Of a DNA stretch of 64,000 nt, positions 33,005 to 43,228 are shown in pieces (within the stretch, counting starts at the first letter, position 1; each line of letters begins with the position of its first letter). The position numbers were made by a program, and so were the translations under genes. The notes under the pieces were generated by a model. The model was not told the DNA's origin and made no database searches. It saw nothing but the letters and a program-made list of their open reading frames with translations. The stretch is from a bacterium (lineage in GTDB: Bacteria > Hinthialibacterota > Hinthialibacteria > Hinthialibacterales > Hinthialibacteraceae): the NCBI GenBank assembly GCA_963662285.2, contig CAXXMV010000008.1:1248001-1312000 (forward strand), in the 5' to 3' direction.

Positions 33005-33586
33005 ATGGGATTGCACACATTCGTCCATACCGGCGGGCGAGAAAAAGAATTTATCGGGAAATGCAAAGCGTGGCTTAAAGAGAGAAATTTGTCTATTCAC
33101 GATGTGAATATTTGGAAAGTTGGCGATAAGGATGGAGATATCTGTTGGGATTATTGCCAATCTCGAATACTGGGAAGCACGATTTCGCATATTCAAGGGA
33201 TTAAAAAACCATTCGCGTATCATTATAACGACGATTTTGATTTTATCCATGATATGACGCCAGAAGAGACAAAAAGAATGGGTGAGAGGGCATTGGCGTT
33301 TATTGAGAAATGTATGAGAGAACTGCCGCGATGCCATAAAATACCGGGCAATTTTTATCTTAAAAATGGCAAACTGAAATATGAATTTGTGAATTCGCAT
33401 AAAATGTTGAACGCCTCTTTGCCTCAAGCGAGATGGTTTATCATGGTGGGGGAATGTGGATTTCCAACGGTATCCAGTTATCATGGGGAATTACCAAAAA
33501 ACGAACAAAAATATCATACCGATACAGAAGCAATACGCGCGATATTTGGGAAAATATGTAATTTTGCCAATTCCGATCTGTCGTGA
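33005..33586 (+). CDS. Hypothetical protein
   Basis: 193-aa ORF with GAGGTG RBS. Confidence 0.6.
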   Translation: MGLHTFVHTGGREKEFIGKCKAWLKERNLSIHDVNIWKVGDKDGDICWDYCQSRILGSTISHIQGIKKPFAYHYNDDFDFIHDMTPEETKRMGERALAFIEKCMRELPRCHKIPGNFYLKNGKLKYEFVNSHKMLNASLPQARWFIMVGECGFPTVSSYHGELPKNEQKYHTDTEAIRAIFGKICNFANSDLS

Positions 33587-33715
33587 TGATTTCATTGGAA
33601 TATGCAGATGATCAAAAGATTTCGTTTTAAGAGAGACATAATCCAATTAAGAGTTACACCTTCCGGAATTAAACGGCAGTTCAGTGGACGGATGGCTAAT
33701 CACACCAACAATACA

Positions 33716-33760
33716 AAAAAAGATGGCTGGAACGAAATAATCCGTCCCAGCCTTTTTTAT
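33716..33760. terminator. Bidirectional terminator between convergent genes
   Basis: A-run, GGCTGG..CCAGCC stem, T-run. Confidence 0.6.
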
Positions 33761-33777
33761 TGATCTGCAATTGCGCG

Positions 33778-34299
33778 TTAACTTAATTTAATCTGGAATA
33801 TCTGGGAAAATTCCTCTTTGTTTTTTTCTTTTTTCGGTTTTTTAGACCTTTCGTGAAGCATTTGAAGCGCGACTGATGGGGGCAGATTTTCTTCTAAAAC
33901 AAGAACGATCGGAATGATATGGGTTTCGGCGAATACGAGACTTCCATAAATCGTCTCATGAATCATCTTTTCAGTAATTTCTCCATCAAAGGCATTGCAT
34001 AAGGAGCGATATAGTATGTTTCCATTGTCAAAATCGAATTCAAAGGTACCGTGAATGTTCCCTCGATTCGCCCGTGTGACTAATTCAATTATTACCAAGT
34101 ATTTATCAACTTGCGTGGACACAGGAAAAAGGGTATAGAAACACAACCGGTTCTTGATTTCATCGATATACGCAATACAAATCCACGTGAAAGAATCATG
34201 ATTGAACATCATTTCCAATCCATTCTCACGCTCCATTATCCTCGCTTTTGGATCAATTCCTTTAATATAGTCGGCTACGGCATTAGTGAGTTTATTCAT
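33778..34299 (-). CDS. YbjN-domain protein
   Basis: ELVTRANRGNIHGTFEFDFDNGNILYR; RBS AGGAGG. Confidence 0.7.
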   Translation of the reverse strand: MNKLTNAVADYIKGIDPKARIMERENGLEMMFNHDSFTWICIAYIDEIKNRLCFYTLFPVSTQVDKYLVIIELVTRANRGNIHGTFEFDFDNGNILYRSLCNAFDGEITEKMIHETIYGSLVFAETHIIPIVLVLEENLPPSVALQMLHERSKKPKKEKNKEEFSQIFQIKLS

Positions 34300-34544
34300 T
34301 GGAATTCCTCCTTTTTCAATTTCAGTCAATAATACAGATAGACCTATTTGGAGCGTTTTTATGTTTACGATGCGATTTAATTATAAAAAAAATGGATTTC
34401 AATCCGTTTTGCTATCATCTAAGTACTATTTCATGGTGGGGAGTGTGGATTTTCATCTGTAATTAACATGAAGATATACAGTTTCTCCTATTCCATTCTG
34501 TTGTAAGATGCTTTATAAACTCATTTTAGGAGAAGAATGCTGCA

Positions 34545-34865
34545 ATGAAGCGTATCACCATCCAGAATCAAACGGCCAATTCTTTGGGTTGGCAATATTC
34601 TATAAGTGTCGAGAACGGCGGCGATACCGTTCTCTATACGATCAATCTCGATCAGGATTACTATCAGCGTCTTACGCATGGAAAGATCGAATCGTCTGCA
34701 TTGGCAAGATTTTCTGTAGAATTTCTGATACGAAAGAACCGTATTGGTGCGTTTTCGAAAGCCATCAATATTCGGGCGATTGCAGAATTGCTTCCTGAAT
34801 TTGAACGTGAAATACAGGCGGATTTGAAACGGACGTGCGACAATGAATCACACAATCGATCATAG
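34545..34865 (+). CDS. Conserved hypothetical protein
   Basis: RBS AGGAG; YYQRLTHGK..SVEFLI..PEFERE. Confidence 0.6.
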   Translation: MKRITIQNQTANSLGWQYSISVENGGDTVLYTINLDQDYYQRLTHGKIESSALARFSVEFLIRKNRIGAFSKAINIRAIAELLPEFEREIQADLKRTCDNESHNRS

Positions 34866-35562
34866 CAAGATGCTAGGCCGCTACATCGAATTGCGAGATA
34901 TACGCGATAGGCTTAGACAGGAAATTCTTGAAACAGTGCCTCATAGCGTTCTTCAAGAAATAGGAAAGTCTTTGGGATTATACAAGCGGAATCGAAAAAA
35001 GAAGCATTTTGAAGGCCACAAACGAGAAATTGAGAGAAAATTTGTATTTGATACCGGGTCAGAAGGCATCTTATTAACGGATTACACGATCCATAATTGT
35101 TATCGAAACAGAGTGAGTATTGTCGAAGATTTTTTGAATGAGTGCGCCTATGCGGATAATTCTGATGAGCGGATTTTACTGAAAGTTTTGGTCGAAGCGC
35201 GTTATACGATTGTCAAAGTCATGGGTATTACGAAAGGCATCGGTTTATTCGTTGAAGATTTTGAGGCCAATCAATTCTTCCTGATGGATATTGGATTGAG
35301 CAAATGCGTTTCCAAAGGCAATTTTTTAGCGACTCGAATTATTTCTTTGGATTCGATGCAAATGACGACGGGAGCGGCGCTCCCGTTTTTTGACCAAGAA
35401 AGTTTAGACAAGGTTTTCAAGATTTATGAGACCTATCTTGACGATTTTACTTTAGATAAAATCACTCAATTATCGCCTACAACTAAAAGCAAAATTGAAA
35501 GACGAATTATTCTTTTAGGCCTTCAGAATGGCGCAGTAAATTTTATAACAAGCCAATATTGA
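34843..35562 (+). CDS. Hypothetical protein
   Basis: 239-aa ORF overlapping the upstream gene; FLMDIGLS..LATRII..MTTGAALP. Confidence 0.65.
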   Translation: MNHTIDHSKMLGRYIELRDIRDRLRQEILETVPHSVLQEIGKSLGLYKRNRKKKHFEGHKREIERKFVFDTGSEGILLTDYTIHNCYRNRVSIVEDFLNECAYADNSDERILLKVLVEARYTIVKVMGITKGIGLFVEDFEANQFFLMDIGLSKCVSKGNFLATRIISLDSMQMTTGAALPFFDQESLDKVFKIYETYLDDFTLDKITQLSPTTKSKIERRIILLGLQNGAVNFITSQY

Positions 35563-35772
35563 CTCAAGGATGTTTTGTTCTTATCGAAAAAAATGTGCGG
35601 TTGTCTTTCGTGATGAAGACACCCGCACGTCTTTAGAGGTGATATGATATGGACAAAATAAAGGAACCAATAGACCGTTTCAGACCCGAACCGGACGATA
35701 GGGACCGGATCATGATAGAGATAAGTGATCGCGATCATTTCAGAGCGGCGATGGAAGCCGAACTTGGACCAA

Positions 35773-37158
35773 TCAACTAATCCTGTGATTCAATGCATCA
35801 GTACGACTGATATTCGCAGTTGTAGAAGCGATAAAAGCATATAAACCGCATGCAAAAGCGACCAACTTAAAAGGTACTCTTTCCAGATAATCTTGGATTG
35901 ACACGATCGCTACATTTAGTCCACACGATTGAAACTCTTCTTCAAATTTAACTGCTTGCTCCTCTCCAACCGTATAGAGAATAGGCATACCAATTTCCAT
36001 CAGAATATGATCAATGACATCAATTCCTATTTCTTTTCTCATGGCCGATAACATAGAATAAGTGAGTGGAAAAGGACAAGAAATGGATTCCAAATGTTGT
36101 ATCATTGAAATTTGATCAGACAACGTACAATCACAAGTCTCGTTGTTATCTCGGATGATAAGCGTAAGTTTGTCTGAATCGGCAATCATTTCTGTTAATG
36201 CCATGGATAATATTCTTGAACGATAGGAACGATAAAGTTCAAAAATATCAGACAAACTAAGATATACCAGCTGATAAATTAAAGACTCGGGTAGATAAAA
36301 GACTGGGGTCATTACTGTCGGTGTTTCGGATATGGATACATCCTCAAGACATTCTCCTGGAATTATTAGACCGCCCCTTACAGCTAGAAACTTTAACCGG
36401 AACGCCGATATTAGTTCAAAAGGCAGACCTGTTTTCCACATCGCTTTCCGCGCTAACAATCGTTGCTCATTGAATTCTTCTGGCATGTAATAACACGCTC
36501 CGGCGCCGATTCCGATATGAATATCGGCTAATCCTCTGGCTCGAAAAATTTTAGCGATTTCTCTGAAAACGTGTCTCGTAAATTCCACACAGTTGGTTTT
36601 CTTCTTCAATTCAACTGGATGAGATGTTTCACTAAGCAATTCTGAGTAAAAATCCTCGCTGTTCCATCGCAAAATATTTTCAGAACCAATCCCCCAGAAA
36701 ATACTACTCATCAACATGTTGGAGATGAGTAACCTTAAGGGGAATTCAAGCATGGCGTTTTCGAATTGCGGATGCAATTCTTTCACATACTCGATCAACG
36801 CTTTAATGAGTGTGAGTTCAGAGAACGTTGGGCACCAATTTACAGGATCATAAAGATATGGAGATAGTATGGCGTCAAGGATAAGGGGCCAAATCTTAAT
36901 GTTATCTTGCTCTCTAGAAATATCTGTAAGAACAACAAGCGTTTTGTATGGAATCGATTTCTGATGACTATACCAATCAAGAATCTCATATATATGAGTA
37001 GTAAGATCATATGCTTTCAATTCATTATAATCTTTCCGGGATATTGATTTCTTTATCGATAATTTCTTCGCTATCCTCGCGAGAGTGAATTTAATTGGGA
37101 TTTGATGAATGTTTTTCTGTTGCAGCATGATTTTCCTCCTGTTTTTTTTGCTTGTCAT
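35773..37158 (-). CDS. Hypothetical protein
   Basis: 461-aa ORF with no recognisable motif. Confidence 0.6.
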   Translation of the reverse strand: MTSKKNRRKIMLQQKNIHQIPIKFTLARIAKKLSIKKSISRKDYNELKAYDLTTHIYEILDWYSHQKSIPYKTLVVLTDISREQDNIKIWPLILDAILSPYLYDPVNWCPTFSELTLIKALIEYVKELHPQFENAMLEFPLRLLISNMLMSSIFWGIGSENILRWNSEDFYSELLSETSHPVELKKKTNCVEFTRHVFREIAKIFRARGLADIHIGIGAGACYYMPEEFNEQRLLARKAMWKTGLPFELISAFRLKFLAVRGGLIIPGECLEDVSISETPTVMTPVFYLPESLIYQLVYLSLSDIFELYRSYRSRILSMALTEMIADSDKLTLIIRDNNETCDCTLSDQISMIQHLESISCPFPLTYSMLSAMRKEIGIDVIDHILMEIGMPILYTVGEEQAVKFEEEFQSCGLNVAIVSIQDYLERVPFKLVAFACGLYAFIASTTANISRTDALNHRIS

Positions 37159-37219
37159 GTCATACTGTTCATCGTTCCATCATTAAGGGAACTAGGAATC
37201 CTTCCAAAATGAAAAACAA

Positions 37220-37684
37220 TTATTGTTTTTCACCGTTAATTTCCAGAATTTTCTTGATGAGGCATCCCTTTACAATATCCGGTTGGGGTTCATCAAATAA
37301 TTCATTTTCACATTCGTATTTGATCCCGAATTTTGTTTCTGCCATCACTTTTAATTTGCTCGGTAGTTCGATATCTAGCAATTGCTCAGCCAGATCGCCT
37401 TCCGCATAAAAATCACAGTTAAAAGAACTTCTCCAAGAATATAATCTGACTGTTTCTCCAATACGTAGACCAATCGCTTGGCAATCTTTTTCATTGGCGC
37501 TAACAAATTCTGATGACAATTCAAATTCACAGGTGAAATCGATATCTTCCATTCTTTTAGGAATTTTCTTGAAACGTTCAATAAACTTTTCTAATTCCTT
37601 ATCATCAAAATGTTTTGATTCATTCTTATTTAACTTTTTTGTTGTTGTGGTTTTTCTTGACATGATTTTTTCCTCACATTCCAT
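37220..37684 (-). CDS. Hypothetical protein
   Basis: 154-aa ORF; probable start at MSRK after a GAGG RBS. Confidence 0.55.
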   Translation of the reverse strand: MECEEKIMSRKTTTTKKLNKNESKHFDDKELEKFIERFKKIPKRMEDIDFTCEFELSSEFVSANEKDCQAIGLRIGETVRLYSWRSSFNCDFYAEGDLAEQLLDIELPSKLKVMAETKFGIKYECENELFDEPQPDIVKGCLIKKILEINGEKQ

Positions 37685-37941
37685 AGTTTCAGATTACGTT
37701 TAATACGCTCATAAATTGGAGATAGATATTGTTTAGTTATTCATTGAATTTAATTACAAAAATACATAATTTTGTGTGGTATTTTTGCCGCAAACAGGAA
37801 CAAGCCCAGTTATATTTATGTGGTGGATTCATTCATTAGTAACACTAATAACGCTATTTTTGATTTTAACTTGATTCCCATGGGGCGGTTTTAACCCTGG
37901 AAAACCGCTCCATGAGTCGGAAAAAGGAGGTTAAAAAGAAA

Positions 37942-38265
37942 ATGAACAATCGACATGAACCGGTATACAGCAAAAAATCTGGCCGATTTCAGGTCAGTGT
38001 ATGGAAGAATAAAAAGGTTATTCGGAGTGCGCGCTATCATGACACCTACTTTGTGAACGATAATAGGCGTTGCATTCAATTCAATCGATACAATCAGCAC
38101 GCAGGAATGTGGGACCAGCAGAAAATTTTTTGCCGGGAGAAAGATGTTTTTAATCTTGCGCAATTGATTGGTCCGCTTTGCGGAATAGAATCTTCGCGCG
38201 CATCCAAGAAGGTTTTTGATCGGCTCAAGTACGACCAAAGCCTGGATTTTTTTATTGATAATTAA
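37942..38265 (+). CDS. PC4/Whirly-like putative ssDNA-binding protein, paralog 2
   Basis: RBS AGGAGG; PVYSKKSGRFQVSVWK..CIQFNRYN....WDQQKIFC. Confidence 0.65.
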   Translation: MNNRHEPVYSKKSGRFQVSVWKNKKVIRSARYHDTYFVNDNRRCIQFNRYNQHAGMWDQQKIFCREKDVFNLAQLIGPLCGIESSRASKKVFDRLKYDQSLDFFIDN

Positions 38266-38328
38266 TCATCCTCTCACTGGTAGTTCTCAATAGAAGAGAG
38301 AACCACCAATGAGCGTGTTATCTGGAGC

Positions 38329-38724
38329 GTGATGAAAATGAAACCAACCTTAGAGCACTATGTGACGCAAACACCAATGAAGAAATATCTGTCAGACAAT
38401 TTCCACACAGAAGAAAAACAATTTCCATCTCCTGCTATAGGTTATAAAATATTTACTCAGCACAAAAGAGAATTTGCCTCTAGTCCACTCGAACAGAGAA
38501 CATCTCAACGCGGAAAAGATTTCCTAAAATTAAGGCATTGCGCTTTGCTCCATAAATTTCTTGTTAAAATATTAACGGAGCATCTTCAAGAGAAAATGAT
38601 CGGAGAGCCCGATCAAATAAATTTTGAAAACATAATTTTTGATCTGCATATAGCCAAAAGAGGTCTTAAAATAATTGAGCGATTATATCGTGAGTTGGGA
38701 TTGCCGATCGAGAATGAGAAATAA
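38329..38724 (+). CDS. Hypothetical protein
   Basis: 131-aa ORF preceded by a conserved hairpin. Confidence 0.55.
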   Translation: MMKMKPTLEHYVTQTPMKKYLSDNFHTEEKQFPSPAIGYKIFTQHKREFASSPLEQRTSQRGKDFLKLRHCALLHKFLVKILTEHLQEKMIGEPDQINFENIIFDLHIAKRGLKIIERLYRELGLPIENEK

Positions 38725-38935
38725 TTATCTTAAGGTAATATTTTAAATATTAAAATTATTTCTGTTTTGTCGAATTTTTCTCATCTTTTTTCACTTTTCA
38801 TTTTTTTATGAAATCGCTTCATGTTCTTTGTGTGGTTGTTTTGATTTTTTTCTCGTAGGTTTCCCTCTTATCACCGTTTTGGGGCGGAGTTAACGCGTGA
38901 ACTCGCCCAAAAGGCGAATAGCGAGGTGAAACCAA

Positions 38936-39211
38936 ATGGAAAAAAACAACAAAAAACAACCCATATACAAAGACAAAGCAGGCCGATTTAAGATTAGCGT
39001 CTGGAAAAGTGAACGCGCTATTGACGATAAAAATTTTCTTATGAGTAAAGTCGTCGATACCTCAAAGGCATGTATTCAATACAGCCAGTACAATAAAAAC
39101 ACCAATTCGTGGCAAACCCAACAAATCTGGTGCTTCTGCAACGACGTACACAACTTGGTCAAACTGCTTGATCGAATCGGCGAGGGCGAGGAATCGCCCG
39201 CCCTCAATTAG
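38936..39211 (+). CDS. PC4/Whirly-like putative ssDNA-binding protein, paralog 3
   Basis: RBS GAGGTG; PIYKDKAGRFKISVWK..CIQYSQYN....WQTQQIWC; clearly paralogous to 37942-38265. Confidence 0.7.
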   Translation: MEKNNKKQPIYKDKAGRFKISVWKSERAIDDKNFLMSKVVDTSKACIQYSQYNKNTNSWQTQQIWCFCNDVHNLVKLLDRIGEGEESPALN

Positions 39212-39374
39212 AGGAATTTTCCTCTATACCACGAAAAGAGCCTTCCTCTGACCGCCGGATAAAACTGTTTAGTAAATTTATCACATATTTTCATTCTTTT
39301 TCAGATTCCGGTGTCTCTCATATTTATGAGAGAGCCACCGCAAAGAGTGGTTTGTTGTGAGGTGAATATGAAAA

Positions 39375-39608
39375 ATGAAAAAGAAAGCATACGAGATACA
39401 AAAAGAGAACACACCACGTTTTACCCGGCAATGCGTATGTGGAAGCATTTTGGAGGTTGCCTATAATCCAGATTTGAACATTACATTCTGGAATTGTTTT
39501 AACTGTTTTCCGATGTATGAAAGAGTATATGGCGAACAGAGAAAAGAATTTGAGGATGGGTTTTATCGCTCTATGGGAAAAAATAATATTGAATGTTTTC
39601 GGATATAG
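39375..39608 (+). CDS. Small zinc-ribbon protein
   Basis: CVCG..WNCFNC; RBS GAGGTG. Confidence 0.6.
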   Translation: MKKKAYEIQKENTPRFTRQCVCGSILEVAYNPDLNITFWNCFNCFPMYERVYGEQRKEFEDGFYRSMGKNNIECFRI

Positions 39609-39899
39609 ACAACATCATTTTCTTTTTGCCACATAAGCCATCCGGATGTTTTCCCCCACCTTCGCTCCTCCACATCTCCAGGATATCAGGATTGGCTTGT
39701 GTTGGCATTTTTTTTCTTTTTTTGTCTTCTTCGCTGTTTCTTCGATCAAGCCCTTATTCAGTATTCACTCGGCTTTTTTGTTTGGCCGTCGATGCGTAAT
39801 GGTTACGTAGTCTTCATAAATGTTCGCTCCTTCCGCCCCCGTTTTTCGTTCGTCTTTCCGAGTGGAGACGTCCGAAACGTTTCCGGAGGAGCGAAAAAA

Positions 39900-40064
39900 A
39901 TGAATAACGACTACGAAACCATATCAAAATACGACGACATATCTATTGTCGGTAGCCTCGATATGTATTCTAATGATTTGGGGCTTGATGAGATTGAACA
40001 GCAGCGCAGTCTTGAGCGCGCAAGCAGGCCTGAGTTAGACCCACTTTTTCTGGGTCTACCATAA
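39900..40064 (+). CDS. Small acidic protein, paralog of 42612-42881
   Basis: RBS GGAGG; KYDDI..LGLDEIEQQRSLERA..EL. Confidence 0.65.
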   Translation: MNNDYETISKYDDISIVGSLDMYSNDLGLDEIEQQRSLERASRPELDPLFLGLP

Positions 40065-40243
40065 AAGGTATCTTTTTATTTTTTTCCATACATCGTGTGG
40101 ACCTCGTCTTGCATTCGAAGCATCGAATGTCTGATGGTCAAGAACGATTCTCTCAGAACCCGATCGATATTCGCTTACGCACTATCCGTCTCGGATTATC
40201 TCTAAATCTGAATACAAGATATGTCTTAGGTATAAAGGGCGTA

Positions 40244-42181
40244 ATTGATCGGTATTCGTTTTGCTCTTTCGATCAATCTCCGTAAACCGTTCGATGATCG
40301 CTAAGGCTCCATCGGTCACGGTTTCACCTTATATATATATTGTTGCCTTTTGGCTTATGCGCTTTCGCGCAGGCCAAAGGTATGTCATTGGAATATTTTG
40401 CCGGTCGATGAACGTTCTAGGCTCCATCGACCTTACGAGTTTGAAGACAGGAAGGATCACCCGTATCTTGATCCGCAGAGCGGATCGTCGGGTGATATGG
40501 AAGAGAGGATTCGCCATTCGGCGCATTCACGCTTTACATGGAGAACAAAGAAGCGGGAAGAAGAATCCACTGGAAGCGGATTCCACAATGATGGTGGCAT
40601 AAGGTATCTTCGGCCTGGTTCGCTGGAGCGAAGGCCCGAAGATATTGAAAATATCGCTTAAGAAGAGGAATCGGAATACGCTGAGCGCTTTTTCGATCCT
40701 GGGGAGTTCAGCCGAGATGCTAAAGCATCGGCTTTTTGGAAGATAATGGATGCTCGCTAGACGCTCCATCTGATACATGGTTATTGCATATATTGCGATT
40801 GCTCCGACCGGAACGCTTGCGCTTCGGTCGGAATGAGGGCCGGAATTCGCGGCGTGCTCTTCCGGGAAATGGGGGCCTGGATACTGACGCATCCAGCAGA
40901 GAAGAGCAGTTCGATGGTCGCACACTGCTCCATTGCCGCAGAAGATACTGGATATGGGCGTTCGCCCGTATCCTGCGGAATTACGGGTGAGTAGGGGAAG
41001 GTCTTCGCCGATCTTCGCATTCGCGAAGGTGGCGGAGGTTAGGGAAGGAAGAGGAGGAATTGCCTGAGGGCGATCTCTTCGAGAAGAAGATGCCGTAATG
41101 TCTAGCTAGGCTCGCTTGAGCGAGGGCCGGGATGTTTCATGCTATGGAATTGGATAATCCGCTCAAGCGTAGAACGCTTGTCGCTGAAGAAGGGAATGCA
41201 AAGAAATGACTTGATCGATAATAAATCGATCAACCAGAAGATAAAGAGAAACCGGAATACGCTAATGCTTTACCGGATGATTTTTTTCACAACCGAGATG
41301 CTTACGCATCGGCTGACTTGTAGATGACGATGAACGCCAGAGGCTTTATTGCTCGTGCGAGGTTGGTGAACCGCCCACCCGAATCTTGATCCGCAGAGCG
41401 GATGTTCGAGCGAGCAGGGAGAAGGATTCGCCATTCTCACGCATTCGCGAGGCTGATGCGGAGGGGATGACGAACGAAGAGGCGAGAGGAAGAATCCATT
41501 GCAAGCGGATTCTTCGATGACGAGGTCTGAGGTATCTTTGGACGGATTCGCCGGGGCGAAGGCCCGAAGATATAGGAAGAGCGCTTAAGCGCCGGGGAGT
41601 TTGATGCTCTTGATGAGAAATCGGAAAACGCTGGACGCTTTTTCGATCTTGATAATCTCAGCCAGGATGCTGCGCATCGGCTGATTAGAGCCGGTTGATG
41701 GACGCCGGAGGCTTTTTCGCCGGTACGGAGTTGAGATAAAGGCGCTTACCCGAATCTTGCGGATGTTCGCCATTCTGCGCTTGTGCGCTGGGGATGGCGA
41801 ATGATGATGCGAGGAAGAATCGCCCGAGGGCGATCTCTTCGAGAAGAAGAAACAGAGAAGACCGGCCAGTCTCGCTTTGGCGAGGGCCGGAGATATTCCA
41901 TAAATGGGATAAGCTGTTCAAGCGTAAAACGCTTGTCGCATAAGATCTTTATCGTGCTTGTCGCACTCGATAAAGATGGAGAGAGGCCGGGAATACGCTA
42001 CGCTTCCCGAGGCGAGAGAGAAGGGGAATGCAAAGAGATGACTTGCTCGATAGAGAATCGAGTAATCGGAAGATGAAGAAAATCCGGAATACGCTAACGC
42101 TTTTCCGGATGAATTATTTCCAGCCGGGATGCTATCGCATCGGCTGAGGAGAAGAGGACGATGGCCGCTAGGCGCTCCATC
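40244..42181 (+). ncRNA. Candidate large structured ncRNA (or ssDNA) hairpin array with four degenerate units
   Basis: Units at about 40456-40770, 40961-41351, 41376-41723 and 41748-42181. Conserved hairpins with compensatory and wobble changes; no credible ORF. Confidence 0.6.
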
Positions 42182-42611
42182 ATGTCCGGTATTTTATATA
42201 TTAATTATTGAAACCGAAACGATGCCACGTTGAATAAACAATAAGAACTATGGCTTTCTCGTCACTTACAAGAATTGAGCACATAATAGAGGAATATGGA
42301 TTGATTGCTCGTAACAAAGGCATCACGGGCTTGTTGATATTTAATTTATTATAGAACGATATGTCAAAAAGGATTCTAGTTTATTTAATGATTTGATTTA
42401 TGAATATTTTGAATTGGTTTGTATTTATATTCTGCGAGCCGCAAACCTCTTATCGTAAAATTTTCCCTTCCCGACTTATATATTTTTTAATTTGTGGTAG
42501 AGAAAACTTTATCGAGAGGTTCGCTTACTTCTCGCCGACTGATTTTATTTCTCCGATGTCTCTTAAATTTTGAAGAGCCATCAAGTAAATGGTTACTTTG
42601 GAGGATAGAAA

Positions 42612-42881
42612 ATGAAATACGAAGACATTGAGTTAAACGCGTGTGTGAGTGGAGACGGCGAGGAAGCCCAGGAGTTGGGGCTTGACAGTGTCGAGCAGGA
42701 ACGTTCGTTAGCCAGGGCTTGTACGGCAGAGTTACAGTTTGAATTTGTCGATATCCCATTAAAGTCATCAAAAGAGATGATAAGCGAATACGAAAAGGAG
42801 CGAATGAAGCGAAAGATTCCTGACTGGGAGTCAAAGCGTGTCCAAGCATTTGGCCGTAAGATGAGAGTTGAATGTCTTTGA
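42612..42881 (+). CDS. Small acidic protein, paralog of 39900-40064
   Basis: RBS GGAGG; KYEDI..LGLDSVEQERSLARA..EL. Confidence 0.7.
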   Translation: MKYEDIELNACVSGDGEEAQELGLDSVEQERSLARACTAELQFEFVDIPLKSSKEMISEYEKERMKRKIPDWESKRVQAFGRKMRVECL

Positions 42882-42961
42882 TTTTCTTTCTTTTTTTTCC
42901 TTCGGCTCTCTTATATATGAGAGAGCCTTCAGAAAGAGAGGTTTATTGGAGTGTGAGATAC

Positions 42962-43228
42962 ATGAGGAATGAGATGGAATTGATTGGAGATCGGTGCGTG
43001 AATCGGAAAAAGTATTGGGAACAGTATGTTCCACTACTTATAATGAGTTGCGTTCGATATGAGATTATACGTGAACGTATAACGGAATTATTTAGGATGA
43101 AGATGGTTCCGGCGTTAATCGAGAATGGGAATATTCTGGATTTAGAACAGATTAACGGGGAACTAAAAGTGATGATCTCTTCGATTGAGATATTAGAAGA
43201 ATTGTTCAAGAAGAGATACTTGAAATGA
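42962..43228 (+). CDS. Hypothetical helical protein
   Basis: Likely ATG at 42962, after a conserved hairpin and GGAG. Confidence 0.55.
   Translation: MRNEMELIGDRCVNRKKYWEQYVPLLIMSCVRYEIIRERITELFRMKMVPALIENGNILDLEQINGELKVMISSIEILEELFKKRYLK

Noticed and set aside
40097-42076. Many short overlapping ORFs in the hairpin array
   Set aside because: No consistent frame between repeat units; indels break frames while stems are preserved.
40244-42181. CRISPR array or integron attC array interpretation
   Set aside because: No identical repeats with regular unique spacers, no cas genes, no RYYYAAC/GTTRRRY-bounded cassettes and no integron integrase.
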